Source of the DNA: a virus
Strand: one strand, 5' to 3'
Virus record (IMG/VR): IMGVR_UViG_3300042397_000787
Length of the DNA stretch: 64,000 nucleotides
Under the pieces are notes generated by a model. That model was not told where the DNA came from. It saw nothing but the letters and a program-made list of their open reading frames with translations, and did not search any database. Made by a program: the position numbers and the translations under genes. The first letter of the stretch is position 1. Every line of letters starts with the position of its first letter. Of the stretch, positions 17,695 to 27,125 are shown one piece after another.

Positions 17695-18887
17695 TTTTCA
17701 GCCCAAGGATAGGTTTCAAACACATTCTGTTTTCTGATCTTATCAAGTAACTGTTGTTTCATAACAAAATTATTTTGAATAATAGGATTATGTAGATTAT
17801 CGGTTCTGGATTCCAGGTATTTGATGATAAATTCTACTGCTTGTTTATTTAAAGCATTAGTATTTTTCTGAACCTCAAAATATTCCCGCAATTCGTTCAA
17901 TCTAAGATTATAATTATCTTCGGGCATAACATCAGGCTGCAAAAAATCTGGACTATTAACAGGAATAACGGAACAGTGAATTCCAACCGTATCAAAGAAA
18001 CGAATCAAGTCTGCCATTGTATCCAAAGATAAGTTTTGTAATGTTGTGCTTATGGTAGCATGAATGTTTTGATGTTCTTGCATAATGGTTTTGTAAGTCA
18101 ATAAGTTCTTTTCGATTTTTTTCCACCTACCAGGAAATCTAATATATTCAAACGTTGACTTATAACCATCAATACTAAGGCCGAGATGAACTTCTCTAAA
18201 CTGTTTCCAGTAGTCGATAAATTCATACGGGTTGTTCATTCCGTTGGTATTATAGTGTAGCGCAATGTTTTTTGCCGCACCAGTCTCGCATAAAAATTGT
18301 AGTAGCTTAAGGTTTTCATCAATGATTAGCGGTTCACCGCCTATCAAATAAATTTGTTTGATAGTATGAATATGTTGTGACAATACCTCATTGATATCTA
18401 CGGCATCAATCCACTTTGTATCCGACCAACTAGACTGATAATATTGTTTTGCTTCCGGGTGTTCATCTACTTCCTTACGAATCAGAGAACTACTGAACGG
18501 CCCACACATTCTGCATTTAAGATTGCACTTGGCATCCAAATCAAATTCAACTTTTACAATACCAATAGGCTCTGGACTTTTTTCAGCCACAATCCTATCA
18601 TATTCTTTACGAAAGACTGAATTCGCATAATCTCTAAAACTCTTATTACCAGAGTCTTCGATATTCCAGCATCGTGAGCAAAGTTCTGGCTTATTCCCCT
18701 TTAACATTTCATCTCGCAGATACGACATGGTTTTTGTTTTCAGTAATGTATTCACATCATAGTTTTCTTTGTCTTTGATGTTTTCTTGAACTTGTTTTGA
18801 GCCAATCGCATTGCAACAAGGCCTAAATTCCCCGTGTGAGCCAATGCTCAAATTCATCCAGGGATATACGCAAATAGTATCTGACAT
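17676..18887 (-). CDS. Radical SAM protein (twitch-type N-terminal Cys domain)
   Basis: CVYPW..RPCC, CNLKCRMC, GGEPL, SIDG. Confidence 0.92.
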   Translation of the reverse strand: MSDTICVYPWMNLSIGSHGEFRPCCNAIGSKQVQENIKDKENYDVNTLLKTKTMSYLRDEMLKGNKPELCSRCWNIEDSGNKSFRDYANSVFRKEYDRIVAEKSPEPIGIVKVEFDLDAKCNLKCRMCGPFSSSLIRKEVDEHPEAKQYYQSSWSDTKWIDAVDINEVLSQHIHTIKQIYLIGGEPLIIDENLKLLQFLCETGAAKNIALHYNTNGMNNPYEFIDYWKQFREVHLGLSIDGYKSTFEYIRFPGRWKKIEKNLLTYKTIMQEHQNIHATISTTLQNLSLDTMADLIRFFDTVGIHCSVIPVNSPDFLQPDVMPEDNYNLRLNELREYFEVQKNTNALNKQAVEFIIKYLESRTDNLHNPIIQNNFVMKQQLLDKIRKQNVFETYPWAEKCLPKN

Positions 18888-20137
18888 TATTGTACCTCGT
18901 TTACGTGATTTCTATTATTACCCAATTCACCCTGATCCAGTTTATTGAATTCTAAACCACAACAAGAACTGCATTGATGACTGCGCATCGAACTACCACG
19001 CTCGAAACTCATCGGTAGATATCTTTGAAAATATGCAGTATTAATAATTTCTTCTAAAGTATGCTTATGAAGATCCAGTGAGTCCATACCACCATTAAGT
19101 TCGATCATTTTAAGCGAGTTATCATTAGGATTTGACCATTGCGCACCAAATCTCCATGGTTCTCCGCCTAGAAAACAACAAGGGAAAACATGACCTGTGG
19201 CAGACAAGAACACTTCGTTGTTTTTCTGGTGTTCATTAATCTTTGCTCGACACATAATACCCAAAGAGTTGTGTTTAATCTTAATTGTTTCGTTGGAGTC
19301 GGGATCATGATTTACTAAAAACTCTTCTGTGTTTTCAGGCATCAATCTACCAAATTCTTCATTTGTGATATATTGTGGAATAAGATTCTTTATTGCTTTT
19401 GCAAAAACAACATCATTTTGATGCTTTAGTCTCTCTTCTTCCGGTTGCTTGATGTAGTATGAGGAACCATCTGGATTTCTAACTCTGTAGTACCCTCTTC
19501 CGGCTGCATCATATCCTTGCCATCTAGTTGTTCTTTTAATATTGAAAGTTCTAAAATTCAATTCTTTTGCGATGGCCTTGGCTTCGTCAATTTGATGCTC
19601 ATTAAAATCAAACGCGATAAAGTCCCATTTAGCTATGCCGCCTGCGGCAGTAAATGCTTTCATATTAGCATGAATTTTAGCAAAATTGGTATTTCTTCTG
19701 TATAGGTGATTTGTGTCCCATAAGCCATCAACAGAAAAAGTTACACCATCATCTCGTTGATTTTCTCCGTTGAGAATTTGACCTAGTTCTTTCCACCAAC
19801 CTTCCGATCTAGCACTAGCATTTGTGTGCATTACTAATGAGAGATATGGGTTATTTTCTCGCAAATACTTGAATATTGGCAAAGTATCTTTAGCAGTAAT
19901 AGGATCTCCATAATTCCCACATGCATACACCCGTCTAAGTTGTGAAACAAACGGAATAGGAAACCATTCTTTGAATTGTTCTAGAGAAATATCTGTTAGA
20001 TTTAGAAGAGGATTGATTTCTTTACCCTGATTGATATAACGAGGACACATAGGACATCCTGCATTACATTTATTAGATAATTCAATGTGCATCGCAGTAA
20101 TATTGCGCCACGATTTGTATAGTGGTTCAACTTGCAT
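18887..20137 (-). CDS. Radical SAM protein with C-terminal SPASM-like domain
   Basis: HIELSNKCNAGCPMC, CGNYGDP, FSVDGL, FPCC. Confidence 0.92.
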   Translation of the reverse strand: MQVEPLYKSWRNITAMHIELSNKCNAGCPMCPRYINQGKEINPLLNLTDISLEQFKEWFPIPFVSQLRRVYACGNYGDPITAKDTLPIFKYLRENNPYLSLVMHTNASARSEGWWKELGQILNGENQRDDGVTFSVDGLWDTNHLYRRNTNFAKIHANMKAFTAAGGIAKWDFIAFDFNEHQIDEAKAIAKELNFRTFNIKRTTRWQGYDAAGRGYYRVRNPDGSSYYIKQPEEERLKHQNDVVFAKAIKNLIPQYITNEEFGRLMPENTEEFLVNHDPDSNETIKIKHNSLGIMCRAKINEHQKNNEVFLSATGHVFPCCFLGGEPWRFGAQWSNPNDNSLKMIELNGGMDSLDLHKHTLEEIINTAYFQRYLPMSFERGSSMRSHQCSSCCGLEFNKLDQGELGNNRNHVNEVQ

Positions 20138-21533
20138 TTTCAGTTAATTCCTTGCACATGTGGTAAAAATCCTTGTATTCAGGAAAAGTTTCTATTAGAT
20201 TAAGCCCAGGAGAACGTTTGTCATATTCGGAAAAGAACTTATAGAAGTCCTTGCGACCGGTTTCGATTAATTCAGGAGTAATCCTAGGTCCACCAGTCAC
20301 AAAGTAATTTCTTACTCGCTTTAGCTTTTCCCATTCATGTTCATTGAATCCAAACTCCATTCCGTATGGAGTAATACGCTGCTTGATGAAATCAAGGTCC
20401 TCATCGATATATGATACCCATTCTGGCGGAAGAAGATTAATCATCCAATGTGGTGGTTCTTTTAGATACGGCGTATCAAATCCAATACGCTCTTTACCCC
20501 ACTTATCGCGAAGTTCTAATATCTTTTCTAAGAATGGACGGAAAGAAGCAACACACAGAATGTTGTAGGTACACATAAAACTAATGTTTGCTTTTGGAAC
20601 AATTCTTAGATATGTTTCTACGTTCTGCAAGAAAAGATCCTGATCCAGACCTCTGCGCATATATTCTGCCTTCGGTCCCCACGATTCTAGACTTGTGTAA
20701 AGTTTGAAATCCTTAATTTTCTTATTTTCGATCATCGACTTTACTGTTTCAGCAAACTTTGTCACTCGATTATTCGAAACGCCAAGATTACTATTCAAAT
20801 TCAATTCAAGATGCTGAGTACCATCACCCTCTTCAATCAATTTAAACAACTTCATTGTGTTTGAGTTGATAAGTGCTTCGCCGCCCGTCAGGCGAAGAAC
20901 ACGGAGATCCTTCTTTAGGTCAGGCCACCACTTCCAAAATGCCTCGATGTAGGGATTGTATTCGTCATCTCTATACACCTTACTAGTTTCTAGATATTCA
21001 ATCCCATACTGATTATAACTAATGTCATAATTACCATGCTTGCGGATTTCATCTTCCCATAGTGAAGATGCTTGTGGACAGCAATAACCACACTTAAAAT
21101 TACAACCTGCACCAAAACTAACTTCAAGGAAGTAAGGATTGTAGTCTGCATCCCATGCCGTATTCTTAATCATTTCAGTTTCAGCGGCGGCATCTATCCA
21201 ATGACTTGCATTATGAAACATTCTATCGCTAAAATTTTCGCCAGGAAGATTTTCTACGTTCCAGCAGTAGTAACATTCTTCTGGACGTCCGCCCTCAAGC
21301 ATAATTTTACGCTGTTCTTTCTTCCACTTCGTATTATGAAGTGCAGAAGGATTTTCAGCAATTTCTTCTAAAGGAATATGACGAGGGCGAGGATGATAAC
21401 AACTGTGATTGTCGCCCATATGAAGATACAGAGTCTCGTGGCGCCATTTTTGCAGACAAAATCCATTACCCACTGTATTCAGTGTATCTCGGACTTTTTT
21501 TACCTTATTAATATATTCTAAATTATCACTCAT
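20127..21533 (-). CDS. Radical SAM protein (twitch domain)
   Basis: FCLQKW..HSCYHP, CNFKCGYC, TGGEA. Confidence 0.92.
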   Translation of the reverse strand: MSDNLEYINKVKKVRDTLNTVGNGFCLQKWRHETLYLHMGDNHSCYHPRPRHIPLEEIAENPSALHNTKWKKEQRKIMLEGGRPEECYYCWNVENLPGENFSDRMFHNASHWIDAAAETEMIKNTAWDADYNPYFLEVSFGAGCNFKCGYCCPQASSLWEDEIRKHGNYDISYNQYGIEYLETSKVYRDDEYNPYIEAFWKWWPDLKKDLRVLRLTGGEALINSNTMKLFKLIEEGDGTQHLELNLNSNLGVSNNRVTKFAETVKSMIENKKIKDFKLYTSLESWGPKAEYMRRGLDQDLFLQNVETYLRIVPKANISFMCTYNILCVASFRPFLEKILELRDKWGKERIGFDTPYLKEPPHWMINLLPPEWVSYIDEDLDFIKQRITPYGMEFGFNEHEWEKLKRVRNYFVTGGPRITPELIETGRKDFYKFFSEYDKRSPGLNLIETFPEYKDFYHMCKELTENAS

Positions 21534-22962
21534 TAATCAGGCCTTCGCATTCTTCAATAAATTCTATCATTTCTGGAAATGTTTCTTTGAGGTTAGTCTT
21601 ACGCCGCTTATCATGTTCTCTAAAATGCATAGTGAAGTTTTTCTTATGAAGAATTTCTTCATCTTTAGGCATTGGTTCAACTGCCCAGTCATAAAGGCGC
21701 TTTACTTTGTCAATTTCATAATCTTTGAAACCCTTAAATCGATTTGATACGGTCTCTTTGTTTTGCTCCATAAATTCGATACTATTTAGCAAAGGCTGCA
21801 ACATCTCTTTAGATGCCAACTTTAGACTCAGCCACTTAGGATCAGTAAGCATAGGAGTATCAAACCAAACCAACTGTCTATCCGTATTATACTCTTGACG
21901 CAATCTTAAAATATTTTGAAAGTATGTCATCCAATTCGGTAAACATAGAATGTTACATGTCACAATAAAGGTTAGAGAATGCTTTTCACCTTCACTCAAA
22001 AATTGTGTGATGTTTTTATAAAGAACATCAAAATCCATACCTGTCCGAATATACTCTGCCTGTTTTCCCCAACTATCGAGACTACAGAAGAGCATGAAGT
22101 GATCGATTGCATCCTGATCTGTGATTTCTTTCAAGTCATCCATAAACTTTTGCCACTGTCCTTTTGGAGGGCAACAATTGCTAGTAATACTTAGCGTCAA
22201 ATCTGGTTTTGGATTTTTCTTGACATGGTCAAAAATCTTAAAAGTATTCTTATCCATCAAAGGCTCGCCGCCTGTCATACGAAATGTCTTTAACTTGTCA
22301 TATACAGTAGGAAACCACTCCCAGAATGCAACAAGATATGGATTTACAGGAGAATTATCCGGCACCCAACCCTGTTCTTTCATCCAACCATCGTCATTAT
22401 GAGTTCTATCGAAAAGCCGATATGGACCATGCTCTTTAATTTCTTTATGCCACTCTGTAGACAAATGAGGGGAACAATATGTGCATTTTAAATTGCAGGC
22501 CTGATTAAAGTTGACTTCCAAATATTTGGGGGCAGGATTTCCTTCAAACCCAACTGCTAACGCTTCATCGATAATACCCGGCGAGTTAACATCAAAACTG
22601 CGATACGCTCTATCGCTCATATTACCAGTATCTTCGATATCCCAACAGAAAGAGCATTCCGACGGTCTTTCGCCTAGTAACATCTTCTTTCGCTGTTCTT
22701 TCTTGTATTTTGTGTTATGTAAAGCACCTGGATCTGCCGCAAGTTCCTCTAAAGGAACCTTATGGGTTCTAGGATGATAGCAACTATGAGTTCTGCCAGT
22801 AGGAATATGAATGCTGACATTAAACCACTTTGCAAGACAAAAGGAAGGACTTACTTTGTTTAAGCCTTCCAGCATATCCTTAGTGTTGTCAAAGTAAACA
22901 CTCTTGTATGCTCCATCTAGATCGGCAGTTACTTCATCACCGCGTTGATTTTCATCGTTCAT
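21526..22962 (-). CDS. Radical SAM protein (twitch domain)
   Basis: FCLAKW..HSCYHP, CNLKCTYC, TGGEPL. Confidence 0.92.
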   Translation of the reverse strand: MNDENQRGDEVTADLDGAYKSVYFDNTKDMLEGLNKVSPSFCLAKWFNVSIHIPTGRTHSCYHPRTHKVPLEELAADPGALHNTKYKKEQRKKMLLGERPSECSFCWDIEDTGNMSDRAYRSFDVNSPGIIDEALAVGFEGNPAPKYLEVNFNQACNLKCTYCSPHLSTEWHKEIKEHGPYRLFDRTHNDDGWMKEQGWVPDNSPVNPYLVAFWEWFPTVYDKLKTFRMTGGEPLMDKNTFKIFDHVKKNPKPDLTLSITSNCCPPKGQWQKFMDDLKEITDQDAIDHFMLFCSLDSWGKQAEYIRTGMDFDVLYKNITQFLSEGEKHSLTFIVTCNILCLPNWMTYFQNILRLRQEYNTDRQLVWFDTPMLTDPKWLSLKLASKEMLQPLLNSIEFMEQNKETVSNRFKGFKDYEIDKVKRLYDWAVEPMPKDEEILHKKNFTMHFREHDKRRKTNLKETFPEMIEFIEECEGLINE

Positions 22963-24296
22963 AGGGTATTACACCATTCTAAAAATTCTTTGAATTCTGG
23001 AAATACTTCCACTAGGTTGCTTTTGCTTCGTCTATCGTATTCTGGGAAAAACTTAGCAAAATCTCGTCTGGCATTTAGACGATACGTATCATCAATTGCA
23101 TGTTCATCGTTATAAAAGTAATCTCGAATACGTAACATCTTTTGACGTTCTATATCAGTAAACCATTCAGACTCCTGAATGAATTTCAAGTCAGAATCGA
23201 TATACTTACCGAAATCTTTAGTTAGAATATTGATTGTCCAGTGTGGCGGTTCTTTAAGATGTGGAATATCAACAATAATTCTATCTTTGCCCCATTTTTT
23301 TCTAAGTTCCACAATATAATCTAAGAAGTCTCTGAAATACGGTACTACAAGATTATTATACGTTACCATAAAGGACATGTAAGCAGTTGGGACCAATTCT
23401 AGAACGGTGTCAACATTCTTCTTAAACAACTCGTAGTCCAGACCACGCCGAATGTATTCAGCTTGTTTACCGGTGCATTCAATACTGGTAAAACAACGAA
23501 AATTCTTAATCTTATTGTTATCTATAAGTTCTCGAACAGTATTACTTACTTCAACAACTTTTCGATTGGTTACACCGAGATTGGTATTAATCTGCAACAT
23601 AAGGTCAGAATTACCCTCGTCACGCAACGTCTCTAACAGACGATATGTATTGGTGGTCATCAGAGGTTCACCACCAGTAATACGGAAAATCTTCAACTCT
23701 TTTTTTAGTTCTGGCCACCATTTCCAAAATGCTTCCACATAGGGATTATATTCTTTCTCAGAATATATTTTCTTTCCTCTAGTTCCATATGGACTGTCTG
23801 TTAGATCATAGTCACCAAATTCTTCAAGTTCTTGTTCCCACATAGAAGAAAAAGATGCAGTGCAATATCCACACTTGAAATTACACGCATTACTAAAACT
23901 AATTTCCATGTTGTATGGATTTACGTTCTGATCCCATGGAGTATTGCGTAGAAGTTCGGTTTCTTCATTAAGATCAAAAATAGGATTAATTTTATCAATA
24001 TTCTTCAATACGCGGTCGCTGACCTTACCAATCTTTTCAATATTCCAACAATATGAACAACCAGGCGGTTTACCACCAGAAAGCATATACTTTCTAGTGA
24101 ATTTCTCATAAAGTGTGTTGTGAAGAGCGGCTGGATCTTCCTCAATTTCTTCCAGCGGAATAATTCTAGGACTAGGATGATGGCAGCTATGCTTGTCACC
24201 CGAATGCAGATACAGCGCAAGCCATCTCCACTTCTGTGGACAAAATCCCTCGCCTACAGAATTTAGTGTGGTTAAAGCATCATCTATTTCACTCAT
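22959..24296 (-). CDS. Radical SAM protein (twitch domain)
   Basis: FCPQKW..HSCHHP, CNFKCGYC, TGGEPL. Confidence 0.92.
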   Translation of the reverse strand: MSEIDDALTTLNSVGEGFCPQKWRWLALYLHSGDKHSCHHPSPRIIPLEEIEEDPAALHNTLYEKFTRKYMLSGGKPPGCSYCWNIEKIGKVSDRVLKNIDKINPIFDLNEETELLRNTPWDQNVNPYNMEISFSNACNFKCGYCTASFSSMWEQELEEFGDYDLTDSPYGTRGKKIYSEKEYNPYVEAFWKWWPELKKELKIFRITGGEPLMTTNTYRLLETLRDEGNSDLMLQINTNLGVTNRKVVEVSNTVRELIDNNKIKNFRCFTSIECTGKQAEYIRRGLDYELFKKNVDTVLELVPTAYMSFMVTYNNLVVPYFRDFLDYIVELRKKWGKDRIIVDIPHLKEPPHWTINILTKDFGKYIDSDLKFIQESEWFTDIERQKMLRIRDYFYNDEHAIDDTYRLNARRDFAKFFPEYDRRSKSNLVEVFPEFKEFLEWCNTL

Positions 24297-24691
24297 CTAC
24301 GCATCCTTGAGATTTCTTCCATCTGATCTTGATTAATTACTGGTACTGCATTAGATTTATGCATCGTGGCAATACCCCTGATCAGAGTACCAGTATATTC
24401 ATTAGGCTTCTTAGCAAACGTCATACCACCGCTATCTACAGATTTATAACGTTCGCGATGATCGGATTTATACGCTGCTGGCATGGGAGTGCCACGCAGC
24501 TTAGGCTTATACTTACCTTGACGGTATTGCACATATTCGTCAAAGGTCTTAGTCGAAGAACCAAGACGTTTCATCTGCTTATTGTAGTCTACCCAGTCCT
24601 GAGCATACTTACCAGTGATTCCCTTATTTACAGTCTTTCTATTTTTGGTATTTGTTGTAGTATAAGCTGGGCCCAACAGATGCATTGACAT
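24293..24691 (-). CDS. Conserved phage hypothetical protein
   Basis: GAGGAG RBS before MSMHLLG; C-terminal YTG..I.GIATMHKSNAVPV motif seen in T4-like phages. Confidence 0.7.
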   Translation of the reverse strand: MSMHLLGPAYTTTNTKNRKTVNKGITGKYAQDWVDYNKQMKRLGSSTKTFDEYVQYRQGKYKPKLRGTPMPAAYKSDHRERYKSVDSGGMTFAKKPNEYTGTLIRGIATMHKSNAVPVINQDQMEEISRMRR

Positions 24692-24755
24692 AATAATCTC
24701 CTCAAGACTTTTACAATACAACATATAGCCAAGATTGTCAATAGAAAAATAATGG

Positions 24756-24785
24756 TTGACATTTGGTCGCGAATCGTCTATAACT
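24756..24785 (+). promoter_or_regulatory. Early promoter with GANTC spacer (plus strand; back-to-back with a minus-strand TTGACA at ~24741)
   Basis: TTGACA-TTTGGTCGC-GAATC-GTC-TATAAC. Confidence 0.75.
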
Positions 24786-24797
24786 AGATTATAAGTT

Positions 24798-25001
24798 ATG
24801 GAGATTGTGATGATTCTTGAGATATCTAGAAGTGAAGAGACCCTGCTTAAAGAGTTGGGTGTCACATGGAACGGTTGGCAGTATGAACATGCCGAGTTTC
24901 TTGAAATTAATTTTGAACTAGAAGCGAATGGTATTCCTACCTATTCGTCTTTTGAAGAATATCTTGAAGGCCGTGTGGCATATAAAAGGAAGGTTGCATA
25001 A
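24798..25001 (+). CDS. Hypothetical early protein (inverted relative to neighbours)
   Basis: Directly downstream of the early promoter. Confidence 0.6.
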   Translation: MEIVMILEISRSEETLLKELGVTWNGWQYEHAEFLEINFELEANGIPTYSSFEEYLEGRVAYKRKVA

Positions 25002-25064
25002 TGAACACCGAAGAACTAGAACAACACTTCCTTCAGATGGAGAAGGAACTATTCGAACAAGAAG

Positions 25065-27125
25065 TTACTTCGAAGTCGCCCGATACACGCCGTCCCAATC
25101 TTTCGGAGGCGATACCTGAAACTCTTCAATACGGCTAATCATCGAGTCGTAATAATCAGATAGTTCACCTTGCCAGCACTTCTTTAAGTCGCTGGCAAAT
25201 TTTTTGGCTATTTCCCAGTTACCTTCACGATAAAATGTAAGAAACTTCTCATGCTGTTTCTCGCCTGGATGATCGAAGGTTTCCAAGATAGTGAAAATCT
25301 TAGCTGGCAGTGTCTTACCTTTAACTGCAATCAAATCAAGTTCGACTACTTGGTATACATCCCTAACCAGTTCGGCAGTTTGCGGTCCGACGATGAGTTT
25401 GACGCCATAAGACTTGGTTTGACCTTCCAGACGAGCAGCCAGATTAACGCCATCCCCCAAGCAAGTATAGTCAAAACGCTGAGTGCTGCCCATATTACCA
25501 ACAACCACAGTGGCAGTGTTAATACCAAGACCCATCCCAAAAGCGGGAATGCCTTCTCTTTGAACTTCTTCATTGAAAGTCTCCAAATCTTTTAGCATCT
25601 GAAATGATGTTTTAACTGCATCTAGTGCATGTTGGTTATTATCGAGAGGCGCATTCCAGAATGCCATCTGTGCATCGCCGATATACTTATCAAGTGTGCC
25701 GTTATTTTCAAGAATTGCTTTTGTCATGACCGTCATATAACGATTCATGATTGAAGTCAAGCCTTGGACATCTTCACCATAATGTTCTGAGATAGTAGTG
25801 AACCCTCGAACGTCCGTAAACATAATTGAAAGTTCGCGAGACTCTCCGCCAAGTTTTAATAGTTCTGGTTCTCTTTGTAGTCTTGCTACCAAATCTGGAC
25901 TCAAGTAGGTACCAAACTGTTTCTTAATTTGTTGCTTCTGAAGGAATTCGCTAATAAACTTTACAGTGTAGATATGCATATAGATTATTGCAATTGCTAG
26001 TATGTTAAATGTTACATCAAGTAAAATACCGTGTTGCGAGAACAGATATAATGGTAGATAGAAATATCCGCCTAGTAGAACTGCGATAAATATAATCGAA
26101 AATCTAAATCTAGAGAGAATGATCAATGCCAGAGCAAGACCCAGAAACGCCGCAAGATCCGCAATTGCTGACCAATTCGGAATCGAAACAGAATCCCCAT
26201 TTATCAGAGTTTCTAGTAGACTGGCCTGAAGGACATGGGGATGTTGCGCACCTGATGGAGTCGCTACAGGATTTGCAATTCCAGCAGCAGTTACGCCAAG
26301 AATTACAATTTTCCCATCAAGACGAGGAATATCAGAACCTACTTCAACAGTCGGAAATACGTAATTGGGGTTGACAAATACTCTTCCATATTCATCAGTT
26401 TTAATAGTTTCAAAAGAAGGAATTCGTAATGCTTCAACCCCAGTCTGATTTATCTTGGCTTGATACGAAGAGTCTCCTGCAGCTACACGCAGCATCTCTA
26501 GAGCAAATGCGGGATAGTATTCGCCTGATGTTTGAGATAGAAGAGGAACTCGCCTTACAACCCCATCACTCTCGGGTAGGGTCGACGTTATCCCAACACC
26601 GACTGCGGCTTCTTGAAGAGGTGCGATATTACTTAGAACGCACGGATATTGAGGAAGAAATTCAGTTGCTTCTCCATCGCCGATTACGGCAACGCCTGTT
26701 CTCCGAATTGTCGCACTTGCCCGAGAACAAGAATCACTTACCGTCTGACTCAGAACGACTGGATGTGATCTAAGGGTATCGACAAGAACACCGTCAGTCC
26801 CCATACGATCAGGCTCAGGCATAAGTATAGTGCTGCCAACAAGAGCAGCCCCTCTGCCATAAATGTCGCTAATAATTTGAGCATGGACTTCCCTAGGGAA
26901 AGGCCACTGGCCATATTTCTCAATTGCTTTCTCCCCAATATTGATAGTTACAATTTGTTCAGATTGCGTCGGCGAACCGAGCATCAAATAATCATAAAAC
27001 TTCAATCTCGCGGATTCGACCATGTATGGGTTTGATAATTTTACTGCTAACAGCACCGCGAAAGTAATCAATGCCAACCACGGCGAAAGAAGAGCTTTCT
27101 TAGTTTTTTGTATAAGAGTATCCAT
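25065..27125 (-). CDS. CHASE2-domain class III adenylate/guanylate cyclase
   Basis: GQWPFPR and DGVVRRVP (CHASE2), TM helices, FTDVRGFT, DKYIGDAQMAFW, GINT, GDGVNLAARLE. Confidence 0.96.
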   Translation of the reverse strand: MDTLIQKTKKALLSPWLALITFAVLLAVKLSNPYMVESARLKFYDYLMLGSPTQSEQIVTINIGEKAIEKYGQWPFPREVHAQIISDIYGRGAALVGSTILMPEPDRMGTDGVLVDTLRSHPVVLSQTVSDSCSRASATIRRTGVAVIGDGEATEFLPQYPCVLSNIAPLQEAAVGVGITSTLPESDGVVRRVPLLSQTSGEYYPAFALEMLRVAAGDSSYQAKINQTGVEALRIPSFETIKTDEYGRVFVNPNYVFPTVEVGSDIPRLDGKIVILGVTAAGIANPVATPSGAQHPHVLQASLLETLINGDSVSIPNWSAIADLAAFLGLALALIILSRFRFSIIFIAVLLGGYFYLPLYLFSQHGILLDVTFNILAIAIIYMHIYTVKFISEFLQKQQIKKQFGTYLSPDLVARLQREPELLKLGGESRELSIMFTDVRGFTTISEHYGEDVQGLTSIMNRYMTVMTKAILENNGTLDKYIGDAQMAFWNAPLDNNQHALDAVKTSFQMLKDLETFNEEVQREGIPAFGMGLGINTATVVVGNMGSTQRFDYTCLGDGVNLAARLEGQTKSYGVKLIVGPQTAELVRDVYQVVELDLIAVKGKTLPAKIFTILETFDHPGEKQHEKFLTFYREGNWEIAKKFASDLKKCWQGELSDYYDSMISRIEEFQVSPPKDWDGVYRATSK

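Noticed and set aside
13196-24296. Radical SAM genes as the QueE/7-deazaguanine pathway or NrdG
   Set aside because: All are ~380-480 aa with extra Cys domains and a standard CxxxCxxC. No queC, queD, folE, dpdA or nrdD appears in the window.
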